A DNA stretch of 62,847 bases, counting the filler, from Sphacelaria rigidula (Eukaryota), in the NCBI GenBank assembly GCA_964200075.2. It is 7 parts of 7 records of this genome, joined end to end, with 100 filler letters (N's around TTAATTAATTAA, not from the genome) between each part and the next. Parts side by side here need not be neighbours in the genome. Positions count along the whole stretch, not along the records: positions 35,973 to 44,864 come from CAXNAA020009822.1; positions 44,965 to 53,856 come from CAXNAA020009823.1; 5 more parts are not named here. One strand, 5' to 3'. Positions 39,201 to 51,100 of the stretch are shown here, piece after piece (the first letter of the stretch is position 1; each line of letters starts with the position of its first letter). A program made the translations under genes and the position numbers. Below the pieces are notes generated by a model that was not told the DNA's origin, searched no databases, and saw only the letters and a program-made list of their open reading frames with translations.

Positions 39201-42200
39201 AAAACGCGACGGGAGTTGACTCGTGGTCGTTGCGCCGTTGTAGAACGTTCAAGTGAGTCAGAAAAAAATTTAACCTTTTTTCAAATACCCTCTATTCTTG
39301 GAAAGTCCAGCTGTGTTTTTCGGCCGCCTCCGTGGTCTCGTTGTGAGCTACACACGAGATTCCAACGCCTCAGAAATTACCCATGCTGAACCTGTTGACT
39401 TGGTTGATCTGATGTTCCCGCTCTGCTGTGTGAAGACGCATTGTGGGTACTTTTCTCATCGACATCAAAAGCTTGTACCCTTGGGAAAAAACAGCATGCA
39501 CACAATGACGTATGTGTGTCCAACGCATTAAAAGAACACCATGAACGGGAAAGTAACGAGCGGCCAAAAGGAAAGAGTCGCCCACTAGAAACCTTTATCT
39601 ACGAATCCACGCTATTTGACCTCTGACGGTGCCAAATGCGAGTAGCCCCCCGTAACTCAACCCTCACCGTTCAAATTGGCTGGAAAGACTGCGACAAAAA
39701 AGACGCGTTCCTTCAATTCGCTTTGTGTGGCACTCAACATACATCAAGATTCAGGCGTTTGGAAATTGACCATTTGGATGCATTTCGTCTTTTGTTCCTG
39801 CCTTGTTCGTTTTGGTTTCAGAGAGAAGGAACACTCCCCTGCCCCAATCCCGTATAAGTTGAATACACCTCTTGATACCTGAGTTGCAAAGTGAAACTTT
39901 TTGGGGGGTATTCACCCGTAGACTGCGAATGAGGGAGCGTGTCCACGTGAATTCAGGCTTTCCAGAAAATATGAATGGTGAGGAGAACTCTCTCGTGACA
40001 GCATTGGAGGTCAGATTGCATGCATTAATTCAATGTACAACCCTCCCCAAGTTGCCCCGAACTGGCCGAAAGCTATTTTCAGCTTGTTCAAGGACTAGCG
40101 CAAGGCTGATCCCAAGCTGGGTCCGAAGAGGACGGAAGCAGGTGGGGTCACACCCTACGGTTCATTTTCGGCCGATACCAGGATTATAATAGCACCCTCC
40201 CCCTCCACGGAATCGACGCTTCAAGAAAGGTTGATGAAGGGAAACACGAACCTCAGAGAGCAGTCATATCCCTCCCAGCCGTCGTCACAGAGGCATCCGT
40301 GGATCATTTCCGCATCCCACCCGTCGTAAACACCTTCGAATACTAGATGCCGACCGTCAATTACGGCGGCAGCGTCGCGCATGGACATGCACCGCCCGCG
40401 ATCGTTGCAGTCGGCGGCACAGGTTAGGCGCTGGCATGCTTCTCCGGTGAAGCCGGCCCTGCATCCACAGCGACCTGTGCTTCTGTCGCAAGCGCCCATG
40501 TTGGAGCACTCGGTATACCCGGCGTGTGCGGTGTTGTTGCTGGTGGCGTGGTCAATCCACGCGTTTCCACTAGGGCAGAGACCTGATCATTCAAAGGGGG
40601 ACAAAATACAAAAGCAACTGTTTAACAGGTGGGCAACTTCGACACACTGTATGACCATATAACCAGTAGGTGCTCTTACAAAATATTACCACAAGCATGA
40701 GAACTGCCGCTGCACCGCGGTGATGTAATGGTCCATTAGGGTGGAGAAAACGAGGGCTAGATTCTCGATCCGTTGGGTTTTTTCTTCGTAGCATCTGATC
40801 TCCACCGTGGAAAGCGTGAGAACGTGAGTGAACAAACTAGTTGACTGAGTTTGTGTGACGTGAGTTTACGCGGTGCGGGAGTGCTGATCCAATCCGCGAG
40901 ACCAAAATGCAAGGCGTGTACCGAGGAGAGATAGGTTGATCCCTCGAGACCACGGACTCGTCCCGAGGACGGGGAGGGGTTCAAAGCGCGAGAAACAAAA
41001 ATAAATAAAATAAAATAAAATGATAACTCGGTACTGGGTGCGCACAGACTGCGGATCTGTCTGTGGGATGGAGGTCAATCGATGGGTTGATTTGATTTTC
41101 AGCAGTCAAATAGGCGCCCAATATTTTAATGCTAAAATAGCAATCGTACTGTAGTTTTCGCCTGCCGCCAGTCGCTCTGGAAAAAGACGATTTTTCGAAG
41201 TAGAATGCTGCATATTTTTCGTACTTTCTCCTAAAGTAGCGATGAAATGACGCCAATCCCTCCGAACCCCGTTGCTTGGGCCCCCTTGTCGTCATTCGAG
41301 TGCTTGTGGTTAAGCCGGGGGTGAAGCGAGGTATTTCACGTTTTTTCACCGAATCGTGACGAAATTAAGTATGTCCCAACATGCCCAAGAGGAGGGAAGG
41401 CGAATAGAAATGTGGACAGCTGTGTGAGTGTCCCGAAATCGGTTGCTGCCTGCAACTCGTTCTGGCGCTACATTCAAAGATACATCAACAAACTGGTGGT
41501 GACATGGCAACATCTTCGGCACGATTAGCTTTGTGAGGTACTCGTTGAAGTCTCGATGGTCAACCGATCAGTCGACAAATCCCCAAACAGCAAGTATCGC
41601 GGAATGATTCCACGGGTCGGACGAATCACCACCGGTTCGAATCAACAAATCTACGAATTTTCAGGCCTGGTTGCTCGAAAAAGAGAAGAAAGTTGACCGC
41701 TGGTAAAAAAAGTCTCCACGCAATTTTTGCGCCACTCCACGTGCGTGGGCTGCGCGTACCTGGGTGTCAACACTGAAATCAAAGCCTAAGGATTGATTCG
41801 TACGGTATGAATCACACTGAAATCAAGTAATTTGCAGACGAATCATTAATTCGTCCGACCCTGGAATGATTCCCTAGATCGTAGCTACCAGGAAAACGCA
41901 AATCGCGGGTTCATTGCGCATGCCGTTTCTTGTACGATGGGGTGCAACAAAGTTGACGGCAATAACCTTTTGCAGCAGAAGTCTGCGTGTTATATTCTCT
42001 GGCGCCGATTTCGTAATGACACCTGGAAACTCTGTACCATTTCCATCATAAAGAATAGAGCTGACCCTCATAAAACTTCTTCAGGTGGTTGTGTACAAAT
42101 GTCACGAACGATGGATTGATGCCTCCGATCGTTATACATTAGTGGATAGTGTTTCATATGCGCATGGTAGCCGGGTGCGGGAAAGCTCACAACTCCGTTC

Positions 42201-42465
42201 CACGAGCACACAATGCAACAAGGGCGAAACGAAAAGCAGTAGAATACCCACGTATGGAACAATCTCCGCCGCCCCAGCCCTGATAGCAGGAACAGGTCTC
42301 CGTCTTCGGGCCCGTGCAATATCCATGCCCACCGCATGCACTCGGACAACCTCCGCCGAAGCCAACATTCACGCCCACGACTACGGGCATCGAGGAGAGC
42401 AATCTCGCGAGAAGAATCACCGCAACAGTACAACAAGCGGCAGTTCCCACCGCTGTGTTTGCCAT
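36263..42465 (-). CDS. Secreted Cys-rich EGF-like protein of the stramenopile Sig1/tubular-mastigoneme type; 3' partial
   Basis: Six phase-compatible exons: 42465-42252, 40582-40252, 38676-38499, 37545-37357, 37076-36833 and 36339-36263. The N-terminus is hydrophobic. Motifs include [57 protein letters not shown] and DGTKDAEECSGRGFC. Confidence 0.88.
37748..38070. mobile_element. MITE (~320 bp) in intron 3 of the EGF gene
   Basis: 25-bp TIR CACACGCGGCCATTCGGC(C/T)ACCCTC. The interior carries about six copies of a palindromic CCTCTGGAGG-like motif. Confidence 0.88.
40868..41021 (+). mobile_element. Possible SINE/LINE 3' remnant with an A-rich tail
   Basis: A GC-rich body ends in GGGGTTCAAAGCGCGAGAAAC followed by (TAAAA)n. 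Confidence 0.4.
41601..41873. mobile_element. MITE (~275 bp) in intron 1 of the EGF gene
   Basis: Imperfect TIR GGAATGATTCCACGGGTCGGACGAAT ... ATTCGTCCGACCCTGGAATGATTCC. A second copy lies at 6753-7034. Confidence 0.87.
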
Positions 42466-42508
42466 GGAGCGCCGTGCTTCCCTAGCGCACTGGCTGTATC
42501 CAAGTCGT

Positions 42509-42551
42509 TCACTACTCCTCCTCCTCCTTCTACTACTACTACCACTACTAT

Positions 42552-42594
<43 letters not shown>

Positions 42595-42639
42595 GCCAGC
42601 ACCAACACCAACACCAACACAACGATGACCACCACCGCT

Positions 42640-42669
<30 letters not shown>
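42509..42669. repeat. Compound microsatellite (CCT)n-(ACT)n-(ACCAAC)n-(GCC)n just upstream of the EGF gene ATG
   Basis: Directly visible trinucleotide and hexanucleotide runs. Confidence 0.95.
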
Positions 42670-42671
<2 letters not shown>

Positions 42672-43271
42672 GAGGACTACTAGCCCTGCTTACGCGATAT
42701 CGCCGCCTCGTTTTTGAGCAAGAGGTTCCCCTCACCGGCGAAGCTGGGTTAGCGTAATAATGATGCTGCTGTTCACCATGAGGATATCGCTCAGCAAAAA
42801 TGATCTGATCTGCTAGTTTCTGCCCTCGTCGAACCCTGCTTTTGTCGGACTCGGGCCTGCCGGTAGTGCCTCCAACATTGTCAGCAGCACGTAAAGATCG
42901 CGAGGATCTTCTCCAGGGTCGACGGGCGGGGAACCAAAGGGCGGTTTGATTCACAAACATGAATCGATCCAACAATGGCAAAGCCGCGACGTACTGAAAT
43001 AGAAACAGAAACTCATGATAAATCTGTTTTGAACACCTACAGTAGGTTGTACCAAACATAGGAACGCCAACAGGCATGCCTGAGTCTCGCCCGCTGCTCT
43101 CGACACAGTGGCTGGCAGTCGTCTCGTCATGAAGCGGATGGGGTCGTTATCCATTCTTGATGCCATGGAACATGACCACTCGTTACAGCGATCGAAGTTA
43201 GCTCAATCGTGTCATACGATTCATGTGCAGTCAGGAGTTCGATCAGAGGACGTCGCGTTTTGTTATTTTAG

Positions 43272-43582
43272 ATGCGACTGAACGTCCTAGTACTCTCAGC
43301 GTGCCTCTCCGCACCCCTGCGTCCCACAACAACAACAGTAGCATCCGCGTTCATCGCTAATACTTCACCACTACATCGCTACACCTCTCGGTTGCCTCGA
43401 GCGTCCTTCATATCCTCCTCGAGACTGCATAGTGCTGGTGCCACCAACATGGCCGCTGAGGGCAAACTTTATGATGTGGTCGTGTTTGGCGCAACCAGCT
43501 TCGTGGGGCAGCTGTTGGTGGAGTACTATCTGACCTCGTATGGTGCTTCTCCACCTGGGTTCAAGTGGGCTGTGGCGGCTCG
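43272..43582 (+). CDS. Exon 1 of a saccharopine-dehydrogenase-like oxidoreductase (trans-acting enoyl reductase family) with a bipartite plastid-type presequence
   Basis: Signal-like N-terminus ending ASA-F, a Ser/Arg-rich transit-like stretch, then the Rossmann start YDVVVFGATSFVGQLLVEYY...KWAVAAR. Donor CG|GTGAGT. No further exon was identified before the contig end. Confidence 0.85.
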
Positions 43583-44864
43583 GTGAGTGGCTATCGATTT
43601 TGAGCAACTGCAGTCGCCAAGTGTGGCGTTGTTGCGGGCTGGTATAGCACAGTGGGGTGCGTCGAACATTTTGGGTCAGCGTACATCACACTGGCGATCC
43701 GAAAAAGTACGTGTAAAAGTCCGCCGAACAAGCAGGCGCATCCTTGCCATCCCTGTTGTTGTAAGGTCCAAAGCACATGGATGCATCTGGGAAGACAGAT
43801 AGCCAATAGAGTATTGTACCAACATATTTGCGTCCTGATGTAAGACCTAGTATCAAGTGAACAGGGTAACAGTGAGATGGACCGGCCTATGCGAACCGCG
43901 CAGATACACCAACAGTACAGTTGGGCCAGGTCTTACCAACTCTCAGGAAGCCAGCAAAGCAGCCTGCCTCCCCGCAACGATCGCTTCGTGTCATAACGAG
44001 GAAGCACAAAAATATCAATCAATCCATCAAAATCATTCATTGTTGAACCAATTTGCCCTGAGCGAAAAACGTCGTGCTCAGTTGATGAGTAAATAGCTAC
44101 GGCTCAAGCTACCCCGAGAAAATGATACCATTGAACATCTCCTCGGGGGCCGTCGAGATCGAACGGGAGTGCGCTGATTCCAGGACACTCCCTCTTGGGG
44201 CGTGAGGTTGCTTGCTACCCCGATTGACTCCGCGTGACTGACTCACTGAGCTGCAAGATGAAAGAAAACGGGGTGCCACGAAGAAAAAGAAAACGGTTTT
44301 GTGTGGCGACATGTATGATCGGGACTCCATCGATCATGCATCGTACCTTGGCGGCGGACACGTGGAAGTGTTACGTTTTGTTGTTGAAATTAATTCGCCG
44401 CACCCGTTCAACTGAGCACAGAACAAAGTTTACTCCACTCGCTACGCCACGCAATATACAGTACGAGAGAAACACGCCATCCAACACCGACCAAAGCTGA
44501 ACGGCACCAAAAGATTCCACGAGGCCCCCCTTTGACATGGCATTGGATATCGAAAAAATGAAGCATGTGCTTGCACGAAATAAAGGAGCAGAAACGCCAG
44601 AACAAAAAGTGAAACAGGCGAGCGTCTCGACAGTCACACCACACCAACTTCATGTTGAATAATGCCTCGCCGTTCAGTAAAGAACACAGCATGTATCGTC
44701 CCATCGTAAAGAATTGTTTTCGATACGATACCGATATACTGACAGTCCGATACCATTAACCCTTTGTGAACTAGACCCCCAGGGAGTGCTGATTTTTGTT
44801 TTGGTGAATCGGCATCATTTTCAGTCATTTTCTGAGTCAAAATGATGCCGATTCACAAATGTTC

Positions 44865-44964
44865 NNNNNNNNNNNNNNNNNNNNNNNNNNNNNNNNNNNN
44901 NNNNNNNNTTAATTAATTAANNNNNNNNNNNNNNNNNNNNNNNNNNNNNNNNNNNNNNNNNNNN
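44865..44964. other. Artificial contig linker
   Basis: N44-TTAATTAATTAA-N44. Confidence 0.98.
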
Positions 44965-45038
44965 CCCCCCCTCCCCCCCAGGATATTGATGGATTGAGTC
45001 ATGATTCAATCCATCAATATCCTGGGGGGGAGGGGGGG
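44965..45038. repeat. Near-perfect 74-bp palindrome at a contig start
   Basis: CCCCCCCTCCCCCCCAGGATATTGATGGATTGAGTCA|TGATTCAATCCATCAATATCCTGGGGGGGAGGGGGGG, with one mismatch. Confidence 0.92.
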
Positions 45039-45129
45039 GCGGCTACACTCTCGTAACTTACTTGTTCGCTTCTTCCGTAATTTCCTTCCGGATTGTCTGC
45101 CGAATCAGGTAGAACCAGCGCTCAAGGGC

Positions 45130-45840
45130 TCTCGTCGCCCGGTTATGCAAATTGCAGCCGGCTGAGTGCACAACGCGTCAGAGTTACACAAGAGGACCGG
45201 CAGGAAGCTGCTCAATAATTCGCCGCGGATTTATGTGGACAAACAGCTGTCCGTAAAATGAGTTAAACATGCAGTGACACTACGCCGACTCCTAGGCCCC
45301 CGGATATCTGGCGATAAATTAAATATGAGACGGCGTTCCTACAGATTTCCTGAAATTATTCACATTATTGACGTGGATGATTTCTTGGGGAATTCCGCGT
45401 CCGCGTCGCACAGGTCGCAACAGGTTGCGTGCACAACGCGGCAGAGGTCTGCATATAATGACCGGCGAGAGGATGGCCACTGCATCGCCGCGGATTCTGT
45501 AGACAAACAGTTTATTGTAACACGAGTTTATTATACCGGCACACTACATCGCCTCCTTGGGCCCCCGATATCTGGCGGAAAATAAAAAATATAATACATT
45601 CATACAGATTTCGTACGATATTCCACGGTACTGGTGTACAAAATTTCTCAGGGGATTTCGCGTCCGGGTTGTACAGATTGCCGCAGGTTGCGTGCACAAC
45701 ACAGCAGAGGTTTACAAATACGAATGGGAGGGAAGATGTTCAATTCATCGCCGCCGATTTGTCTGGATAGACGGCCGTGAAAAAAGACAGACATACAGAG
45801 ACGCCACGTTGCCTCCTGGGACCCCGGGCATATGGTAAGA
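45130..45840. repeat. Diverged tandem repeat, ~263-bp unit, ~3 copies
   Basis: GTGCACAAC occurs at ~45166, 45430 and 45693. Each is followed by TCGCCGC(G/C)GATT and CTCCT..G.CCC..G.AT.TGG-like blocks. Confidence 0.8.
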
Positions 45841-46221
45841 AAACGAAACTTCAAAAACGGTCCTCGTACAGATCAGCAAATATCGCAGACTATCAATGCA
45901 AAAAATCGGGGTCTGGCGTGATACACCACTGGGGAGTACCTTTTGGTCCTTCACCCTCAAACAGTCTGCACAGTATGCTGAACACACCGCACCGTACACC
46001 CAAGTTTACCTCTATTCTCTAGACTACTGAGGGTACACTGCTTCGAACATAGACGACTGGCTGTACACTGCTTCGAACATGACCATGGCCCTCACCATCG
46101 TTGAGGGTTGTGCGGGTCGTCGTTTCCGCGGTCAACCACGACGGACATAAGTTCTAGTTGTCCTCGAAGGATTTCAAGCGTGCAGGGACCGCGAAGCCCT
46201 TGTAGCCTCGTGTCCCTTCTT

Positions 46222-46570
46222 CGTGACCTTACTCCAGAGCAGTCGACGACCAACACGTTCAGCGCCCACCCCACCACCGCAACATCGCGATAACTCACAC
46301 CCTCATACTGAACGTGACCGTACGCACCGAGAAACAGCAGTCGTCAGCCATGCACACCAAACGGCTACGATTTGTAGCGTCCTGACGACTGCCCATGATG
46401 GCTTCGACATGTTTGGTGCACACCACGACGCCAGACGTTTTATGGCCAACGAGAGCTGTTTCTCGGTGCTATAGCTCGTATTCAGCATGAGTGTGGGAGT
46501 CATGGTGATATTGTTGTGGTTGAGTGGACGCTGAAGGTATTGATTGTCGACTGCTCTCGAGTAAGGTGCG
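46222..46570. repeat. Diverged inverted repeat with ~130-bp arms
   Basis: 46222-46350 (CCTTACTCCAGAGCAGTCGAC...GCACCGAGAAACAGC) matches the reverse complement of 46442-46570. Confidence 0.85.
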
Positions 46571-48199
46571 GGACTGTGGGCAGACACGCGCGCGATCTTT
46601 TTGAAAATTGGAATATGGTGCGTATAAATCCTTTCCAGAGCATGACCCTTGCTGTAGAGAAGTGCCCCTCAAAAAATCTTGAACCATGAAGCGGTAGCCC
46701 CAATTTTACGTGGAGTATTGACATTCGGTGCCAAAAACGTTGGTCTTACTCCTCGGTCTTGATATTTTCTCTCAACAGAAACGGCACTTCCCAGTGCCGT
46801 GGACCTACGGTGTTCATCACCGCAGGTGATACACCAACGCACTCTGTGTACTTGTCGTGGAAAACAGGCACTGGCCAGAAGAAGGCACATGCTGCCGGCT
46901 TTGGTCGCAATACGCTACGATGATCAGCGAGGGTGCACACGTGCAAATACATTAGGCCTTGATTCCTTCTGCGGCCACACAAAAAGCAGATTACCGTTTC
47001 TATGCGCAGTAAAATGGCTGCGAAAAAAGCAGCAGGAAAGTCAAAACATGTCGCAGAGTTTCAGAAATTACAGCAGATTTTAGTAGGCTGAAGCATTATT
47101 GGGATTGTCTGGGGCAGAGTTCCGATAGAACAGCGCAGGCTGGCGATTTTCCCGGGCGGAAACCTGCAGACAGACTCCCCCTCCCTCTTTTCGTGCAACA
47201 TGTTATTTTCCGGGGGTTGTCCGTTTTTTCCTTTTGCGCATTTTCTTGTTCCTATTCCTTGCCCTGCTTTTCGGCATTATATTCATCGGCTGGGGGGTCA
47301 TCTTGTGTGCGGAACTCCAGCGCGCGCATTCGTCGCTGCGTCGCGGACCCTCGGACCTCGAACTTTCTCGTCTTCTTATCTGCAGCTTCTAGCTTTTCGA
47401 AGTCATTCATGTTGCGAGGGGAAAACGACCACAAGGGCGACGAGGAAACGGTTAGCCCTATACAGGAGTTTGGGGTGAGGCATGGCACGAACGCTTAGCT
47501 CGCGTCACGTTTCTCAGCGCCGTTCGGAGCAGTACGACACATGCGTCCCCGGCATACGATTGGACCTTTCCCTCATACGCAATGTTACCTAGATATCGCG
47601 AATAGAATACGCCGCGGTCGTGGTCTTTGTGGTCAAAACGGCTACGGTTGCCTAGCTGCTCGAATACGAAGTCTACTGTATTGTGCCCCCGAGCATACGT
47701 ACCGCTGAACCTTCTATAGCGATCACGGGGCCACAAGCCTCTTTGAATCTGTTCTGTTGTTTTGCTGCCGTTTGTCAGCATGATATCGAAAGGTCGCTGG
47801 GAGTCACGACGACAGTCGGATGGAAAGATGACGTGTAAACTCTCACGTGCTGTCTAGTTTGCGGCCTTGAGCACAAGAAGCTGTTGGAGGATATAATTCG
47901 CTGCAGCACAGACAAGAAGGGCACCCGACACAGTGGTACGCTCCCGCCGGTGTTGAGCTCCAGTCTACTCCGTCGGAGAGTAAAGTGCCTGATCCTGCTT
48001 CCCCCGGTGTTGGGTTCTGGCCTACTCCATACTACTCCATCAGGGAGTATAGAGTATAGTTAGTGCCTCTTCTCCCCCGTGCTCCTCCAGGTTTTTCTGA
48101 TGATTACACAGATCTCATCGCGGTAGACAGACTCTTCATGCCTGATTGAGTATATTCGAAGACAAACGTTTTTTTGCCGGCCTAGATGATACACAGGAT

Positions 48200-51100
48200 C
48201 AGGTTTTGTTTCCACGTTCTCTGAGCGTGGACGAAGTGGATGGTATATACGACGATAGTGTGGCACTTGCTGTAACTGTTTCCAGTGCACGTCCACATAT
48301 CGTAGGGAAACCCCACCGTGAAGTGGATATTAGCTTTTCCCACGTTTCCCTTGCCCATACCAATGAAACCTGTGGATAGCAACTGCCGAGCGACGAGTAA
48401 TCACGCTGACCTAAACGCTGTTACCATGCTCTGGATGTTTGGAGGCGCTAGGGGCGGAGGGCTGATATCCCACGGTGTCTGAGGTTGCGGGCGACGACCG
48501 TCCTCGGCACGGGTCACCTTGACCTCACCGGACCACATCCTCGCACCCTGGCAGGTTCAATCCGCATGCTGGCGTGCGTTGGCAGCAAATCGCGGTTTAT
48601 ACTGCTCTACGGTTTCTCGCGTACGGTCGATACGCTCGCGAATGTGAAGCGATACATCGCTGAGGTGAGCGTGGTAGGTGCGCCGAGATGCTTCAGGATG
48701 GATGATGACGACGGGTTCACCTTTGTGGCATTCGCCACTGCCCCCCGGCACCCCCAAACATGACGCTGCCGTTAAGAATGCGATCTGGCGCGTGATGATG
48801 TGAGGAGGAAGCAGCACAACGGGAGGCGCTTCGTCTTCTTCCGGACGCCGGCATCGGAGGCATTTCTCACCTGGGCAGGAATCTGAAACGCCTATGATTG
48901 GAGCCAGCGGTCTGGGCAGCGGACAGAGTCAACCACTCGGCAACAACTGCCAACCCACGGAAGACATCACCATATCAGGTCTTCATCGGGAAGGACCCGC
49001 CCGTGCAGATAGTACCGTTTTTGCAACCCGACATGATGCGGGTTAACCGCCGACACAAGTCGGAGGTGCAGTCTGTTGCATGCGACTACCTTAATAATGG
49101 CAGCAATCACTCATCATCGACAGTCGAAGTGGTGAAGGCTGTAACCGGAGCGGTATGCTACACAAATAACGTCGTGTGGACAGTCCCGTGTATACCGCTG
49201 TAATCAGCAGCGACGCCGCTCGCCTGGCGGTGTACTCATGACCTTGCATGCAATATCATATGGTATTGACCTCGCATCCCTTCAAGGCCGGGACGGAGCA
49301 CGCCTAGTTTTCCGCCGGACCAGGCTCGCAATTAAACACCGAGCATGAAGCGCCGTTGGGGGAGGGTGGCGTACCCATTTGTTGCTTGCCTTAGTCGTCG
49401 AACCATTGACCACTAAGGCAAGCAACAAATGGGTACGCCCCACCCCCCTCAACGGCGCTTCATGCTCGGTGATTAATTGCGAGCCTGGTCCGGCGGAAAC
49501 TAGGCGTGCTCCGTCCCGGCTTTATAGGGATGCGAGGTCATGAAGCGCCGTTGGTGAGGTTGGGGGGGAGGGCGAATGGTGATATTGCCGTCGATTCACC
49601 GCCGACACCACACCCACCGCCGCTAGCGATGCATCACTCAAAAGTATTGGAAATTCAGCAGCCACCGCCACCGTCGCAGCCGATTCAGCAGCAACTCCCG
49701 CCGCAGCCGATTTATCAACAACCGCCGCCGCCGTGTACGCCGTCGAAGCCGATCCAGTAGCAACTCCCGCCGCCGACTATGACGATACATCAGACGCCGC
49801 TGCTGCCGTCGACGCTGCATAATTATCCCCTGGTGTTTGAGCCTCTGGACTTTCCATCGACAGCACCCTCTATATTTACCAGCTCTCTGGGGCCCTCGCC
49901 GATACCATCAGCGGCTTTTCTCAACAGCGCATTCATCATCCGCTTCTGGGTCACTAAGCCATTTCCTATCGCCTCTCCCAATGAAAGTGAGGACAGAGCT
50001 GGACGTGTAGGCCGATCCCCGTAGCCTGGACGCACGCGTTCGAGGTCCGTGGGGTACAATCCTGGAATCAATCCGACAACAGGGCTCTCATGCACCAACG
50101 CATGGGACTCATGAAGCAGATGGACAAGCAGTCTTTTCTGTCTGCTCTCCTCACGCGTGGACAAAGGTGTCGGATCAAGGAGGCGCGGGGGTATACCGAT
50201 CCGGCACGCAACAGGCCTGGCGACTCACGAAGATATCAAAGCTGCCCTGCGTGAGCAGCACCCGCCGCACGATCCACCTGAGCTTTTGCAATGCCCAGCA
50301 AGGACTCGGAAGTCCCGAACGGTTACATGCGAGCAGTGTCTTGTTGTGCTGTTTGTGTTTGTGTTTGTTTGTTGTTGCTGTTCTTGTTGTGGTCGTTGCT
50401 TCCCTTCTTCTTTCCTTTCTGTGGCTGTTGCTTCTGTCTCTTGCTGTTTCTCTCCTGTTTTTCTTCTCCTTATTCTGTTCCTGTTTGCTGCTCCTGACCA
50501 CGGGCTGGATTGTTGCAATCAGCTAGTGTGAGATGATCAATCAGTCATTCAATCAGTGTGCTTGGAGTACGGCGAGCTTTGGGAGGACTCTATCGCGCGC
50601 CAATGGCATGGTATTGTGTATGCGGGGACCATCGATACGGCTTGGTAGCAACCAGTGGACATGATATCCAAGCTAAGCGGGTATTCAGCTTGAGGGTAGA
50701 CGAGTTAGGCTAGCCGACAAAAATGAGGTCAAGACTAATAGGAACAGAAGACATGCGGAGAGCACATGCAACTTTTGAAGAAGAGAACTGTATGCCCCCA
50801 CCGTAGCCGTTTCTAATGTACGTTTATTGGCGGCTATGGCTTATGAACAGAACCTTGCATTGCGTCATTTTGATGTTGAACAGGCTTTCGTACAGTCTGA
50901 GTTGGATGAGGACGTATCTAAGCGCTTGCCGCCTGGTTGTGGTAGCCTGTCTGGTGAGACGGTGAGATTGAATCGTTCTCTGTACAGATTAAAAAACAAG
51001 CATCTAGGCAATGGCATAACCATTTGGCAAAATGCTTTATTTTTCCAGGATTTGACCAATGCTTGACGGGTTCATGTATATTTCGATTGATTGAGAATAG

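Noticed and set aside
42085-43077. Long overlapping ORFs with poly-T/L/V/S/G tracts
   Set aside because: They are produced by the trinucleotide microsatellite. Only 42465-42252 is supported as a coding exon.
50157-50531. Membrane-protein-like ORFs inside Copia
   Set aside because: They arise from a T/G-rich low-complexity insertion.
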